From: Octopus sinensis
Lineage: Eukaryota
Length of the DNA: 64,000 nt
Reading direction: 5' to 3'
NCBI RefSeq assembly: GCF_006345805.1
Contig: NC_043002.1
Location: 38,626,001 to 38,690,000 of the forward strand
A program made the translations under genes and the position numbers. Every line of letters starts with the position of its first letter. Positions within the stretch are counted from its first letter, which is position 1. The notes beneath the pieces were generated by a model that was not told the origin of the DNA, made no database searches, and saw only the letters and a program-made list of their open reading frames with translations. Positions 25,850 to 39,440 of the stretch are shown here, piece after piece.

Positions 25850-28800
25850 CTATCTCGCATTTGTGAGGGACCTTTTATTCGCCACATTCTTCCACCTTTC
25901 ATCGAACACTTTCTTACTCAGGCTCCTCCTCTCCAGTTCTATTTGTCTTTTCAGGTGGAATTTGAAGTATTCCACCAGACTAGAACCGGAGACGAAGTCG
26001 CCTGTTAGCATCCCTTTCACCCGCGTCTTCCATACTGCCTGTTTCGCAATTGAAACCAGAGAGAGAAAACATTCTTACCTTCTTTCGTAAGAAATCAGGT
26101 GGGCTGATTCTCACAATGGATTCGGCTGATAGCTGTACTCTTCCTCCACTTGACATCAGTTGTTCGGCATAAACCCACATGTCTGTCACCTCCGGGCACC
26201 GCACGATCGCGTGCGAGACGGTTTCCCTGTCTCGCCCACATCTCGCGCAGGTCGGGCTGACTGGGGCACCATGCCTTGCGAGTTTATCCCGAACAGGTAA
26301 GGCTCCTCGGTAACACTGCCAAGCCAAAGACTTCTGGAAATTATCCAGTGCCTTCGGCCCGAATGTACGTTGGAACAGACTGGCCAGCTGATTATCGTCG
26401 AAACCTAGGGTTTCCCCTAGCGTATCATCGTTACCGGCCTCTACAAAACCTCTATAAAACACAGCGGTAGAACCACTGCCGCAGGCATTGCCCGAGCGAC
26501 GGAATAATCGGAGTGCCTTGCGGCACTCCGTGTACCATGTACCCAACTTCGATCTACGATTATACCAGTCTTCCCGTCCACCGAAACTGGTGAACCTGGG
26601 AAACATCTGCTTGCCGCAGCGGAGACCACACCCGTTCACCATCCAGAAGGAGCCACAGGTGCCTTAGCCTCAGCGCATTTCTGCGCATCATTAGCCACGG
26701 CATCCCTAGTCCACCCTGTAACGGTTTTTGACAACAAATAGAGCGTTTCACAAGTGGTTTCGAGCCCTTCCACAAAAAGTGAAAGAGCTGTCTCTCCAAC
26801 TTGTTCAACCACGAATCCGGGCAAGGCACGACGGCAAGGCGGTAGGTGATCACCGATGCGATAAACACATTGGCTACCTCCGCCCTACCTTTCAGGGATA
26901 ACCACCGCCAAGACCAGGTCTTGACTACTGCGGTCACCCTGCTCGATACCTCGCTCCAGTTCTTCTCTATTTGGAGGCCTGGTCCAAACCAGACCCCGAG
27001 CAACTTAATCGGGCCCTCCGTCCAACGTCCCACGACGCTGTCTGGAGGCATCGACTTGCCTCTCCAGGTGCCGAGTTGCAAGCCGACTGACTTTTCACGA
27101 TTAACCTTTGCTCCTGTCACCGTCTCGTAAACCTCTATGGCCTTGCCTACTTTACTTAGGAGGTCCATTTCGGTCACGATGATAGTGATGTCATCCGCGT
27201 ACGCCGAAACCGACATTCCACGACCTGGCTGCCTCGGGATGCCACTCAGTTTTCGCAGCAGCGGCTCGAGAGCCACTACATACAAAAGCGGGGAGAGCGG
27301 ACATCCCTGACGGACCGAGCGTTTGACCTTGAACGGCTTAGAAATAAAGCCGTTCACCCGAACTACCGAGTCGACGTTGTCATACAATTGTATGATCCAC
27401 CTGAGGAAGCCAAGACCCAGGCCGAACTGAGCCAGGACGGACACCAGGTAACGATGGTCGACCCTATCGAAAGCTTTTGACTGGTCTAAATGGACCACTG
27501 CCCCTCCCTTGCCGGGATCGTTATCCATTCCCTCTATCGTGTATCTAATTAGATGGAGATTATCCTGAATGGTTCTGCCCGGTACGGCGCACGTTTGCGC
27601 TTTCCCGATCAGTCCATTCGCGACATGCGCCAATCTGTTCGATAACACTTTGGCCAAAATCTTCAACTCTGCGTTAAGCAGAGTGATGGGCCTGAAATTA
27701 TCAATGACGTCCCCCTTGCTCTGGTCCTTCCTGACTAGTGTCACCACTCCCCGGCGCACAGATCTGGGTATGAACCCATTCTGCTGCCAGTTCGCGTAGA
27801 CGTCCGCCAGTAAGTCCCCGAACAAGTCCGGCATACTTTTATAAAGCTCGTAGGGCAGACCATCCAGCCCCGGCGCCTTACCCGCACCGCAGTCTGCCAT
27901 GGCCTCTATTACCTCCTCAGGCGTGATCGGCTTCTCACTACACTCCGCGTCCTGCCCCGAGAGCCGCGGCAGTCCGTCAAGGAGGTCCGTAAGGTCCCTC
28001 CTCTCATCCGGCCCGCCGCCACCCCCAAAGAGCTGGGCGAAGTGGTCCTGAAAAGCTTGACACATCTCCTCGGGCTCGTCTGTCAACTTACCTTGTTGGT
28101 TCGTCAGAGATCGAATTGTGGCATCGTTGCCACGTTGGGCTTCCACCACTCGGGCCCATCTCGCGGCATTAATTCCTTCGCTCCCCATTGTACGTTGTCT
28201 AGCTCTGACAATGCAACCCATGTGTTTGGCTTCGAGGTGCTGGTTTAAAACCAGTCTCTTGGCCCTCACTTGAGCCGCGTTGCCAGTTCGCATTGCTTCC
28301 TCTAGGTCCTTAACTAGAGTAGTTTCTTTTCTAGCCTCTCTAGCTACGAGATCTATACTATCTAATAGACTCATATCTTATGGCTCGCTTGAGGGCATAC
28401 CACCATTTGTTATTGATAATGGAGCCGGTCATGGCCCTCTGGATCATCAACCTAATCCTGTCACTGTACTCCTTAATCGCCAAAAGGGACGTATTAAGTT
28501 TCCAGTAACCAGGACCTCTATTTATCTTATCTACGTCTAGCTTACAGGTGACCATCTTGTGGTCACTGTAGCTGACTATGTGGAGCTGTGGACTCTTAAC
28601 TAGGTTTCTATCTACCTTCCTAATTAAAATCCTATCTATGTATGACCTTGACGATCCGTCGCTGTTTGTCCATGTCCACAATGGAGCGTCTGGATGTTCC
28701 AGTCTATATGGATCTACCAGCTCAAAACGTCTTAGTAGATCCAGGAAGCAGGCATTTCCTTTCCTGTCTGTTTGCGAGCCTACACAGTCTACCCGCACAT

Positions 28801-29235
28801 TGCAGATTGTGTTGTAGTCTCCTAACATTACTAAAGGGCACGATGTACTGAGAAACTTCTCCAGGTTCCGAAAATACTCACTATTCCCCTTATTATTGGG
28901 GGCGTAAACCGCAACCAGTCTGATTGTCTTACGACTGCTGAACGTCAAATCAACGACGACCAGCCTACCTTCTGGATCTGCAAAAATCAACTTTTCCCAG
29001 AAACCCGGTTCTTTTCACCAGGACCACAACCCCACTTCCGCCCCGACGGGTTTGGAGAGATAATTCTCTCGTAACCGTCGAACAGCGGGAGCAGATCTCT
29101 TGGCCCTTTTAACCGGGTTTCTGTGGCAACAACAACATCTAAATCCCGTGACCTGATGTCATTTAGGAAGCGCCCTTGCTTCCGGCTCGCCATCAGGCGA
29201 CGCACATTTACGCATCCTACACAAATACGAGACAT
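25850..29235 (-). CDS. Tx1-type ORF2 (copy B; frameshifts at positions different from copy A)
   Basis: ORFs 28987-29235, 28358-28990, 26560-28374 (includes QGCPLSPLLY and YADD) and 25980-26642. Confidence 0.92.
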
Positions 29236-30078
29236 TTACTTACCTTTATGTCGGTGTCCCTGTTGGTCGGGGGGTGAAGTCCGCTTTAATAAGTGACTCG
29301 TGTACATCGAGCCGCGGAATTCAGGCACCTCCTCTAACGTTTCCGGCGCCGCTTGCACTATTATTTGTAGTGCTTGTCCCTTCCAATTCTCCTTCTGGGT
29401 TCTGACGATGTCTATAATGTTGATTTTTTCTTTCAGTCCCATAAATAGGGCTGGAATGAGGCTTTCTACCTCAATTTCTGGTAGTATGTCGTCTATTTTG
29501 ATTTTTATTGTTCTTCTTCCCATATACGAGGGGAGAAGAATTATATCTGTTGATTTTAGAGGGTTGATCGAGTGTTTCCTCGCCTGTTCCTCCTCTTTAA
29601 AGTAAACCATTATGGTTGCATACTTCTTACCCCATGTAACGAAATCAATGTCTGTCCATATTGGTTTGAGACACTTTTCGGCCTGCTCCTTTGTTATTTT
29701 TTCTATTTTTCTTTCCTTAATTACAAAAGATTTAAAAATTACCGTTTTCTTCATGGTGCTGGTTTTTATTTCTTGTGGGAGGGTGGCTTTTATGTTGTTC
29801 CCCTCCCTTTTTTACCTGTCCTTGTATTTGTCGTAATCAATGTCCTCTGGTAAAATATGTTCGGTTTTTCTGCCGGCTGCGGCTGCGAAGTTAACCGTTT
29901 TTTTCACGTTTTCAACTGCTGGTACACTTGTTTCCGAATTTTCTGCTTTCATCATATTTTTTTCCTGTGTAGGTGAACCTACAATATTTTTTCCCTTTGT
30001 AGGTGAACCTACAATATTTTCTTTTTTTGAAGGTGAACCTTCATTGGCAAAATGTTCAACTGTTTTTTCCATTTTCAC
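29236..30078 (-). pseudogene. ORF1 of copy B lacking the zinc knuckle
   Basis: Reads ...LEEVPEF|RGSMY across the deletion junction; the knuckle present in A is absent. Confidence 0.8.
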
Positions 30079-30749
30079 ACAAATGGATTTTTTTTTTGTT
30101 AGATTGTGTCAAAACACACAATATATTTCACACTATTTCCCCTCCTTAAAGGAGGGGAATAACAAAGTTTTCCTGGTTCAAAAACCAGTTAAAGTTCAGT
30201 ATAACAATTTAACAAACAATTTTTAAACAAACAATTTCAACACAATTTTAACAATATTTTGGCTCACGTGAAAAAACACAACCGACTCTTTCAAAAATTC
30301 TTTGCCGAATTTCTACAATGTTTACGGCGATTCGTTTTTATATCTTGATTTTTTTATTTTTCATGCAATTTACGCATGCTTGCACGCGTGGTGAACACAG
30401 TTCACGTCAAACAGCTGACTGAGTAAAGTTCATTATTCAATGCATGGGATAAGTCCTAAACAAACACATTATCGATTTTTGCACTTGCGAGATGAATTTC
30501 GGAACAGAAATAGCGCAGTTCAATTTTCATTCGCCTAAACTTTAAGTGACCCATTTTTGATGGTTCTACGATTTGTTGGCTAGGAGGAGATGTGCCGGGT
30601 AGTTAAACACACAGACACACACACAGACACACACACAGACACACAAGTTGAGTTTTATATATATAGATAATCTATCGGTGATAACCTCCTGGACTCTCCG
30701 TTGATGGATTTGATTTATTTCTTCAATCATGCAGGTAACTACCAAATAT

Positions 30750-32400
30750 ATACCACCCATATTATATATTATTTCGAATGGAGTGATATCGATAAAACAT
30801 CACATCTTCTCGTCTTTTGTTCTTTAACTGACTCCTATTGACATTTTGTCTTACTTCTTTCATGAAATTAAAAATCTGTAAAAGTAATCTGGGATTGAGT
30901 CCAACAGTCGCTTTACGTTTTCTGCTTTCCATTTTATTTCTCTTTCCTCGTAAATTACTTTTCGAAAATGTATAAAGTAATATGTCCTCCAGCTCACCAA
31001 ATTGATACTTGACTATTTACTGAATATCATAACTAAATACTTAGAGTATTTGTGGATGCACACACACACACGCACGCCCATCACACACCCCATCACACAC
31101 ACCTATAATTCACACACTTTGTTGAAGTTGGGTCACTATTCATCAGTTGTAAACTTATTGTATATAGTGGTCAATACTAGCGGTCAGACCCATCATGCTA
31201 CTTGATTTAACAGAACTACATAATCTTATTCATACTAAGCCCCAACGAGTTCTTTATTGTCACCTCGGGGCGCATAGATACATTTTAAAGGTAACTTAGA
31301 TATCAAAAACTAAATCCAAATGCGCTAGACAATTCTACCGCCTCTTTTCTAACACCCGTAGGCTTTGATCTAACTTAGACCTTCACATCATGCCTTACTA
31401 ACACGCTGGTATCAAATGCTATTGCTCTCTGAGGCTCAAAACTATCTAATCTATGAACCAGGCTACACTCTTTGGTCAAAATTCCCCAGAAAAGTACATC
31501 TGCACATACACAGCTTGTACTTACCTTGTTATCCAGCTCTCATCTGGATATCAGCATTAAATACTTCCAGATACTATGGTACAACAATTCTCTTTCATAC
31601 TTCCCCAAGTATATCTACTTCTTTTACTTATCTCGAAACATTTTTTCTGCATTCAATTATCTATCTCACCTCTCTGCGAATCTATTACCGTCGCTGATTC
31701 AATGGGCGAAGCTCTTCTTGTCTCTGACACATACACCATACTGATGTAGCCGGTACAGAAACCGAATTTCGCTGGCTAGTTCCTCACTACGTTAATGAAT
31801 ATCATTTTATGTACAATTACCTGACCGATACATCATTGCTCTAAACTCCCTTGATACTTTTCTCTCTTTGTTACCTCCAAACTCAAGCATTGACTTTGCA
31901 TTAATCGAATTGTCCGCTAACAGTTACCGTATTCAAGTACTCCCTGTACATCTACGTATTATCTACGCTTCCGGGACCTTAATACATACAAGTTTTCACC
32001 GACCTCACGGATAGAGACATTTAATAGTGAGCCGGCCATTCATGTCCCCTTCACAAACGATGCAAATACTGTATATAGAAAGAAAGGTATATCGCACCTC
32101 ACGTCGCTAAAGTACAGCAAAAATAGAGTCCACTCTATCACTGCAAATGTGAGGCCCCTCTATCTCTAGTAGTGCATGCATATATTTTTCTTAGCAAAGA
32201 TCACAAAAGCGGTGCTTTTTCTTCAGAGCCACTATCTGCTTCAGTCCCTGATAACTACTGTCCCTCTATACAACTCATTTCAGTCCGACAATGGAGTACT
32301 GCTTCAAAATCTGGGAATGTACTGCTGCAATACCTTTCGTAGACGATATTTAGAGACAGACGATTTGACGTATTGGCATGATGTCAACCACAAACACCAT
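30750..32400 (-). mobile_element. Very decayed LINE RT relic (CR1/L2-like)
   Basis: Only faint remnants on the minus strand (QAVYV...GV*xGS...VLS, LKNKRREDVMFY), consistent with the CR1-type GVPQGSVL and RRLRGDLI regions. Confidence 0.3.
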
Positions 32401-33464
32401 CCACCTCTCGAGGACAGTGAGAGAGAATGATAGTGTGTGTGTATAAGTGCCTCACATTATGTGTGTGTGTGTGTGTGTTTTGTGTGTGTTTGCTTCTTTG
32501 TTTTTATGTGTGAATGCGCGCGCTTGTATATGTCTTTCTTACAGCAACTGCAATTGCTATCTGCTACATGGGACTGGGGAGTTCGTACTATTTCCTCTCA
32601 GGCCCTCATTCTTCATCTCATCCGTTATATCATATAACAATCCCTACCACATGGCGATGGCCCTCTGGAATACGACTCACTACTTCTCCTGCACTTGTAA
32701 TTCTTGCTGTCGTCGACCTGCAACACTTTAAGCGAAACGATAACAATCTTGGTCTACCAAGTCTCGGAAGACCATGGACACACTTCCTATTTTCAGGCCA
32801 AACTAATATGGAATAAAATATTCTATACCATAAAATATTCTATACATACATACATATGCTTATATATATATATATATATAGCCGAATTGAGATTATGTGG
32901 TGGCAAAGTGAAATCTCTCATGTAAGAGAGACTTTCAATACAATTAAATCTGATGCTACTTTATAAAACAAACGCCACGTTACTGGTCTAGTCTTTCTGC
33001 AGCTAAAATAATGACACAAACACAATATACTATGGGAAATTTATTTTATTGATATTAGAAGTGAGAAAGACAAAGTTTTATTGATCTGTGGAATTTGAAC
33101 TCGGAATAGTATAGCACTGAACCATACAACATAAATCTTATTGTCGGTCTCCCTACAGATTGCAACAACAATCGCTGCTTCTTGAATCCTATTTTTAACT
33201 AAAAATAGCAATATCGAGCAAACCATTATGTCAGTAAAGAGAACTACTGAATAATACCATTATTGTTTAGTGACTCAAGATCAAACTAGTCTACTGGTGC
33301 CTAACTCATATCCGAATTATTGATGTAAACATATATTATGTAGCTATGGATTCCAACGTCCAGTTTCGCCAAAGGCATTTCGAAACACGAGAGGAATTTG
33401 CTCCAATCAAGATTTCGATAGTTAGGAAAGTTCAATGTCGTATATATATATATTTGTGTATGTA

Positions 33465-33547
<83 letters not shown>

Positions 33548-33867
33548 TGATAAAAATGGTAAGACAACAAAAGAAAGAGACCTCGATATAATGTAAATAG
33601 AGGAATTTATGTGTAAATGTAACCGAATAATTGTCACATATTACATTTACAGATAAGTATATATATATATATGTAGGTGAATGAATTATCCTATGTTTGT
33701 CGTCAGCATGGAAAATTCGTTTAACCGAAACCTGGGTAGCAAATTCGCGTCAGAAACACGGTTGAAGCGACCTGTCCGAGGGTAGAAACTCCGGGTTCAT
33801 GTGCAGAAATTTGTGTGTTGTATATGAATAAATGAAAGAATGGAGTCGAACGAAGATGTTAACAAAA

Positions 33868-33966
33868 CTCCTTTACTCTCGACATATGTTTCGAAGACAA
33901 CATGTTTTCATTCCAAAGGAATAAAGGGTGCATGATGCAATCTTCTCATCAGGAAAGAAAGGGAGC
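33868..33966 (-). ncRNA. Type I hammerhead ribozyme, canonical core (GUC site)
   Basis: CUGAUGA at 33952-33946; stem II GAAGAU-U-GCAU/AUGU-U-GUCUUC; GAAAC at 33892-33888; stem III ACAUAUGU; GUC with predicted cleavage after 33881; stem I CUCCCUUUCUUUC/GAGAGUAAAGGAG. Confidence 0.8.
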
Positions 33967-34267
33967 CTCTCTCGACAACAAGACAAACAAAAATTTCGAT
34001 GACTGCCTACATGGTAAACAAAACGAAAATGAGTGGGTTTTTTTAAAACCGTTAGAAGAATTGACGTCAAAGATAGATAGTAGGAAGAGATGGGTTAAAG
34101 GAATAATATGTAGGGAACAAGTGGAGAGGGAAGGGTACGTTGATTGAAAGAATGTTCGAAGGCTTAGGAAAGAATTTCGCTATTGAAGTGGGGTGAACGT
34201 AAAGCTAATTATTCAAACCACAGTGACTATCGTTATCATTTATATGAATAGAAAGTATGATATTTCG

Positions 34268-34407
34268 AAGGGTCAGTCTTGACCCATTCACTGTCACATT
34301 GAATCTCCTCGAGAACTACATTAGGAGTACTCGTGTCTGTGGAGTGCTCTGCCACTCGCACTTTATTTTCCGAGCAGGTTGTTCAGTTGATCGGATTGGA
34401 TCAACTG
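34268..34407 (+). mobile_element. Decayed SINE 3' fragment homologous to the tail of the 39441-39829 SINE
   Basis: gagaactacattaggagtactcgtgtctgtggagtgctctgccact versus gagaactacgttaagggtacacgtgcctgtggagtgctcagccact. Confidence 0.65.
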
Positions 34408-36583
34408 CTTTTTATTCGTTTACTGGTTTCATTCAAATTATATAGTATATGAATGCGTCCATACAGGTGCATAAAATCTTCATATAAACCCACAAGCCTG
34501 TATCGATCTTCTACTTATTTCATTGTTATCTAACTTCCAAAACATCGATTTACAAAACATCGTGAGACGCAGCATATATAGAACCAAATTTTAAAACGAA
34601 TACACACAAAGAAGTATATACACACACATACACACACATATATTCCACTGTCGACTAAATTATTGGATGTTATACACTGCTTGTCACAATGCGCTTGCTC
34701 ACCTTGTTGTATTTGTTTGTGCGTCTCTGTGCTTCTGTGTGTGTGTGCAAATATTTTTGCATGGACGTACAAACACATATGTATTTATATTTATAAATTT
34801 GGACGTGCAAAAGAGTTCTCAGAAAAAAATGAATGTATCAGTACACTGTGAACGCAGTTTCCTTATAAATTACTTCACACGATCTCTATTTATTTTTCTC
34901 GAAATCCTGTAGAGCCTTGTATAACCTTGTGTATTCTCATCGAAAGGAAGATATAAGTACCAATGTGCCAATATGGCAGGCTTGATAATTGTTAAGATAT
35001 TCCTTATGCATGAAACCATTGGTAGCCATGTTAGCGCACAAATAATAAATACGTACATAAATGCATACATATACATATATTCATAAATACATACACACAT
35101 GCATACAAACATACACATACATAGATTCATACATATATACATACGCATATACATATTGATACTTCTTTTGCAAGAATTGTGATGACATTTGACTGTGACT
35201 TAGAAGTTTCAACCTGCTTGGTCTTCAATAAATGATTACTTAAGAATGATTGAATATTCTTACTGCTTAATGTAAAACAATTTCTAATACAACTAGACGG
35301 GAAAACATCAATACGTACATGTATGCTTACATACATTGGCAGAATCTTTCTAAAACAGTGACAAGAGAAGACAACGACGGACGTTCAGTTTCCTGTCGAG
35401 CGATTTGATATCGCTTGAAATCAAAGGTCCACACCAAACAAGTAACCCTTGACACACACACAACTGCAAATTGTGATCCAACGTATAACTCATTAAGGCA
35501 TGCACAAAGTCAAACATCTTCAACGGAGCTCAATTCATTAATGTTGTTAACGTAGTTCTTTTAACACCCAGATGAATCCTAATTGAGCCTACTTATCATT
35601 AAAACACTCCAGCCAAATTCATACCTTTGTTTGTTATTTTTAACAACACAAGTAACTACGTAATGGTTTTCTAGTAGGGTCAAGTAATTACTGTACTTAT
35701 CGCTAGTGTTTCCAAATCTAAAGATATAAAAAAATTTGTAAGAACCATCATAGTCTTCTCGAATGCCTTGGAGCATTATCAACAACACTGTTCCAATCTA
35801 ATATAATCATTTTTATTAAACACTTCATTTGTATCAGTGTAAGAGGATGACAGTGTTTCCCGTATGCCCATGTGTAATTGCACTTAAATGTTTGTGCATA
35901 CAGAGCAGAGTTACATCTGTGTACTTGGATATATGTGACTGATTAAAAGGATGAGTGGGTGCTTAGAGGGAGAAATGGCTTTTCATTCTTTACTTTTATT
36001 TTGTTTGGCAATTCTATAAAAAGCTCTTATCGAATAATTTTTTTTGTCTGCGTGTATTGAGTTCTTAAATGTAAGTTAAATATAAGCCTCTTAGATTTTA
36101 CGTTCCTTAACTTCAAGTACCGGTCGCACCTACCAGTCTACACACAGCATCCATACATACATACATACATACATACATACATACATACATACATACATAC
36201 ATACATACATCATACATAATACATACATACATACATGCGTGCATTTATGCACACAAACAAAAATGAATGTTTATATAGGCGTAGGCTTATTTATTTGTGA
36301 GTATATGTATTTGTGTGTTGTGTATGTTTATATAAGTATATGTATGTGTATGAGTGTATATGAGATAATTACATGTACGAAACAACGTTTAACTTATAGA
36401 CATCTAACATACACTCATGCACACACACACACACACATATATAAGTGCGTGTGTGTATGTACAATTATGTATACAGGCATATACATCCATATACATATAT
36501 GTATATGCATGTGTGCATTTGCGTATTTATCTATATATTTATATATGCATATACACACATGCATATATATACATAAACTCTCT

Positions 36584-36671
<88 letters not shown>

Positions 36672-37066
36672 ACATGCTTGTATGTGCACGCGCGCGTGCG
36701 TATGCGTGAATATGGATTTACTTCTTCAGAACACTTAAAACCTTTATTGTTTCTCTCACAATGGAGAGTTGGTACGAAGTAGACTAACAGACATCCCTCC
36801 TCACACTCTCTGTTTCTCTCTCTCTCTCTCTCACTCTCTCTTACTCTCACAAACAGAAACATGTACACAGCCAATTACACATAAATGCACACTACAAATA
36901 CGGTATATATACATACATACATATATATAAATAGGTAGACAAAGAGACAGACTGCTAGCTAGCTAGATAGATAAATGCATACATATATACATAATACATA
37001 TGTGTGTATATATATATACATACATGTATATATATATATACACACATATATATATATACATGTGTG

Positions 37067-37098
<32 letters not shown>

Positions 37099-38728
37099 AT
37101 ATTATATATATATATATTTTCAACACAGAGTGAATGGCAAGGAAGTGGGGGGAATAGAAGAAAGGGAGAGGTATAAACAAAGGATAGAGTGCAGAAGAGA
37201 GAGCACTGTCGAAATGCTGGCTCATCTGCGATAAGAAAACAAAATTAATATATATTTTTTTTTTCTGTCGTTTGACTTCAGATTAACCTTAGCCGAACAA
37301 ACTAATGATTAAAGTGCACTACAGGCAAGTTTTTCGGTGTATTTTCAAACAATAACTGGTGGCTTTCGTTGCAATGTATTATGTATTAACCAGCATTTGA
37401 ATTAATACTCACACTCGACACGAAGTGAATGCCAGCACCATCCACCTCTAGAGAGGTGTTATATTTTTTTTTCTTCTTTCTGATAGCATCTTCTTCAACC
37501 CTTATTCCGATTGATAGTCGTGTTCAAATATATTCTTTAGTTAAAGTACTAAAGCCTATTTAGTAGTTGTTCAATGACCTTTCTTGTGGTTTATTGCTAG
37601 CTATAGTTGTTGACACCGTCGTTGTTGCTGTTGTTTCTGCAATGTTGGAGCGGTGGTGGTAGCGACGAACTTTCCATTTTGATTTTTTTTTTCTGGAGCA
37701 AGTACCATAAAAATATCTCGTTTAATTTCTACTAGCTTTTCTTTTTCTATCCTTCTTTTACTGTATTTTTGTTTCTCTCTCTCTCTCCTTTCTCTCTTTT
37801 CCTTCTCTCTTTTCCCATCCCTCTACCCATTCTATAACTTCTCACTTCTATCACTCATTTTCGATTTATGTATACACACACACATACACACATCTATATG
37901 TGTGTGTGTATGTGCATCCGTAAACAAATACGTGTCTGCGTGCACGTGCATGCGTATGAATGTATTCATGCAAGTATGTATATATGTGTACATACACACA
38001 AATACTCACGTGTACGTGTTCCAGCGTGCTAACATCAAAGTCAGATCAATCTTTGAATCGCCCCTATTTATTACTGCCGATGAAATGTAAATGAAAGAGA
38101 GCGTTCATCTTAACAAGATTAGCAGAACATGACCTTTAAAATATATTTTTAAAAAGTGTTATATTAGAGAAGTTATTAGTGTTGTTCGTTGTGAAAGCAG
38201 CAATCATGATGGTGGTGGTAGTACTCATTTGTGACAGATATCGCGTTGCTTTGCTAATTCTTTGAGCCAATTAAGTATGAGAACAAAATCTTGCTCAAAC
38301 GTAGATTTATCCAAACAAGTATCTTAAGAGGATCGGAAGCAATCGAGCATGGAGGAGATCATTAGAAGATTTCGAAGTAAATTGAATATATAAGATATAT
38401 TTAATGGAAGCAAAGATTTGTTTGTTAGCCTATTGTTTGATTTTCTTTTTCTTTAAATGAAAATGACTATTAAGAAATGTAAATAAAAGCGAAATGTGCG
38501 CTAAAATAGGAGTTTAGTATAGGATTTAAGTCTCTTAGTGACAACCAGTTTAAAACATAGTACATACATACATACAAGCAAACAAGATTACCACGTTGTT
38601 GATGTTGAAATTCCAATGAAGAAGCCTTGGATCTAGGAGAGAAACCGTTTCTTTCTCTATTGGCGAGAAATCTTCAAATAAACTGATTAAATACATACAT
38701 ATACACATACGAACAAACAAAGAAACAA

Positions 38729-39063
38729 GGCCCCCGCTTCGGTCATAAATGACTGTGGGATTGCACCTAGAAATTTACCCTCCGATGCACAAGTCCGGGC
38801 AAAGCTGTTTATGGAAGACCAGCAGTCACCAATGCGTACCAGTCTTCCCTTCTCCACACTAAAGACGTTATCCGAGGGAAAGGCAAAGGCCGATTCAGCT
38901 TGGCACCAGTGACGTCGCAACTCATTTCTGCAGCTGAGTGAACAGCAGCAATGTATAATAATGTGCTTTCCTCAAGAACACAACACAGACCGGACCGAGA
39001 ACCAAACGCACTACCTCATGATTGCGAATCTCACCCTCTAATCATTGAGCCATGAGCCTTCAC
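38729..39063 (-). mobile_element. tRNA-derived SINE family C with a CORE-like central domain
   Basis: Minus strand gtgaaggctcatggctcaatgattagag head, followed by ttcttgaggaaagcacatt...gttcactcagctgcagaaatgagt, which resembles the CORE domain. Confidence 0.65.
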
Positions 39064-39440
39064 GCAAATTCATTCTACGTATATGTAGGCCATTTTAAAT
39101 ATATGTGTATTTATTTGAATAAAATCGCCGATGGTAAAGCATAACTGCAATGCCTCAAAAAAGTAACACCGCTTAATTCCTCTAAAGGAAAGTAAAGATT
39201 AATACTGTTTAATAGTACTACTATAAATGCTATAGCTGTTGTTGCTACTACATCTAATAGTGTTGTTACTCCACTCCTGATGCTGAAGTTAGAGATCAAA
39301 ATAATGCCACTACACCTACGACTTCTAACGTTACTAACCACTCCGTAATATTAATATTGCCAATAAGGCACAACATAACATGATCCCCTGCTGCAACAAG
39401 AAAGACGAAAATGCCACAATAGCAGCTAATACTGTTACTG

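Larger units (their letters stand above)
25610..30297 (-). mobile_element. Tx1/L1-clade retrotransposon copy B (about 4.7 kb; about 696-bp ORF1 deletion)
   Basis: Near-identical to copy A and bounded by the same 16-bp repeat at 25594-25609 and 30298-30313. It lacks A positions 23892-24587. Confidence 0.95.

Noticed and set aside
29233-29238. ORF1 stop directly abutting the ORF2 ATG (TAAATG) as translational coupling
   Set aside because: This holds only in copy B's post-deletion frame. In copy A that frame is closed upstream, and ORF1 more likely stops about 10 nt earlier.
20287-29853. Plus-strand ORFs overlapping the Tx1 copies
   Set aside because: They are antisense shadows of the GC-richer minus-strand ORFs and show no independent motifs.
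35579-35800. Minus-strand ORF (QGIREDYDGSYKFFYIF...) that looks protein-like
   Set aside because: Weak acceptor and donor, no recognisable family, and a length compatible with chance.
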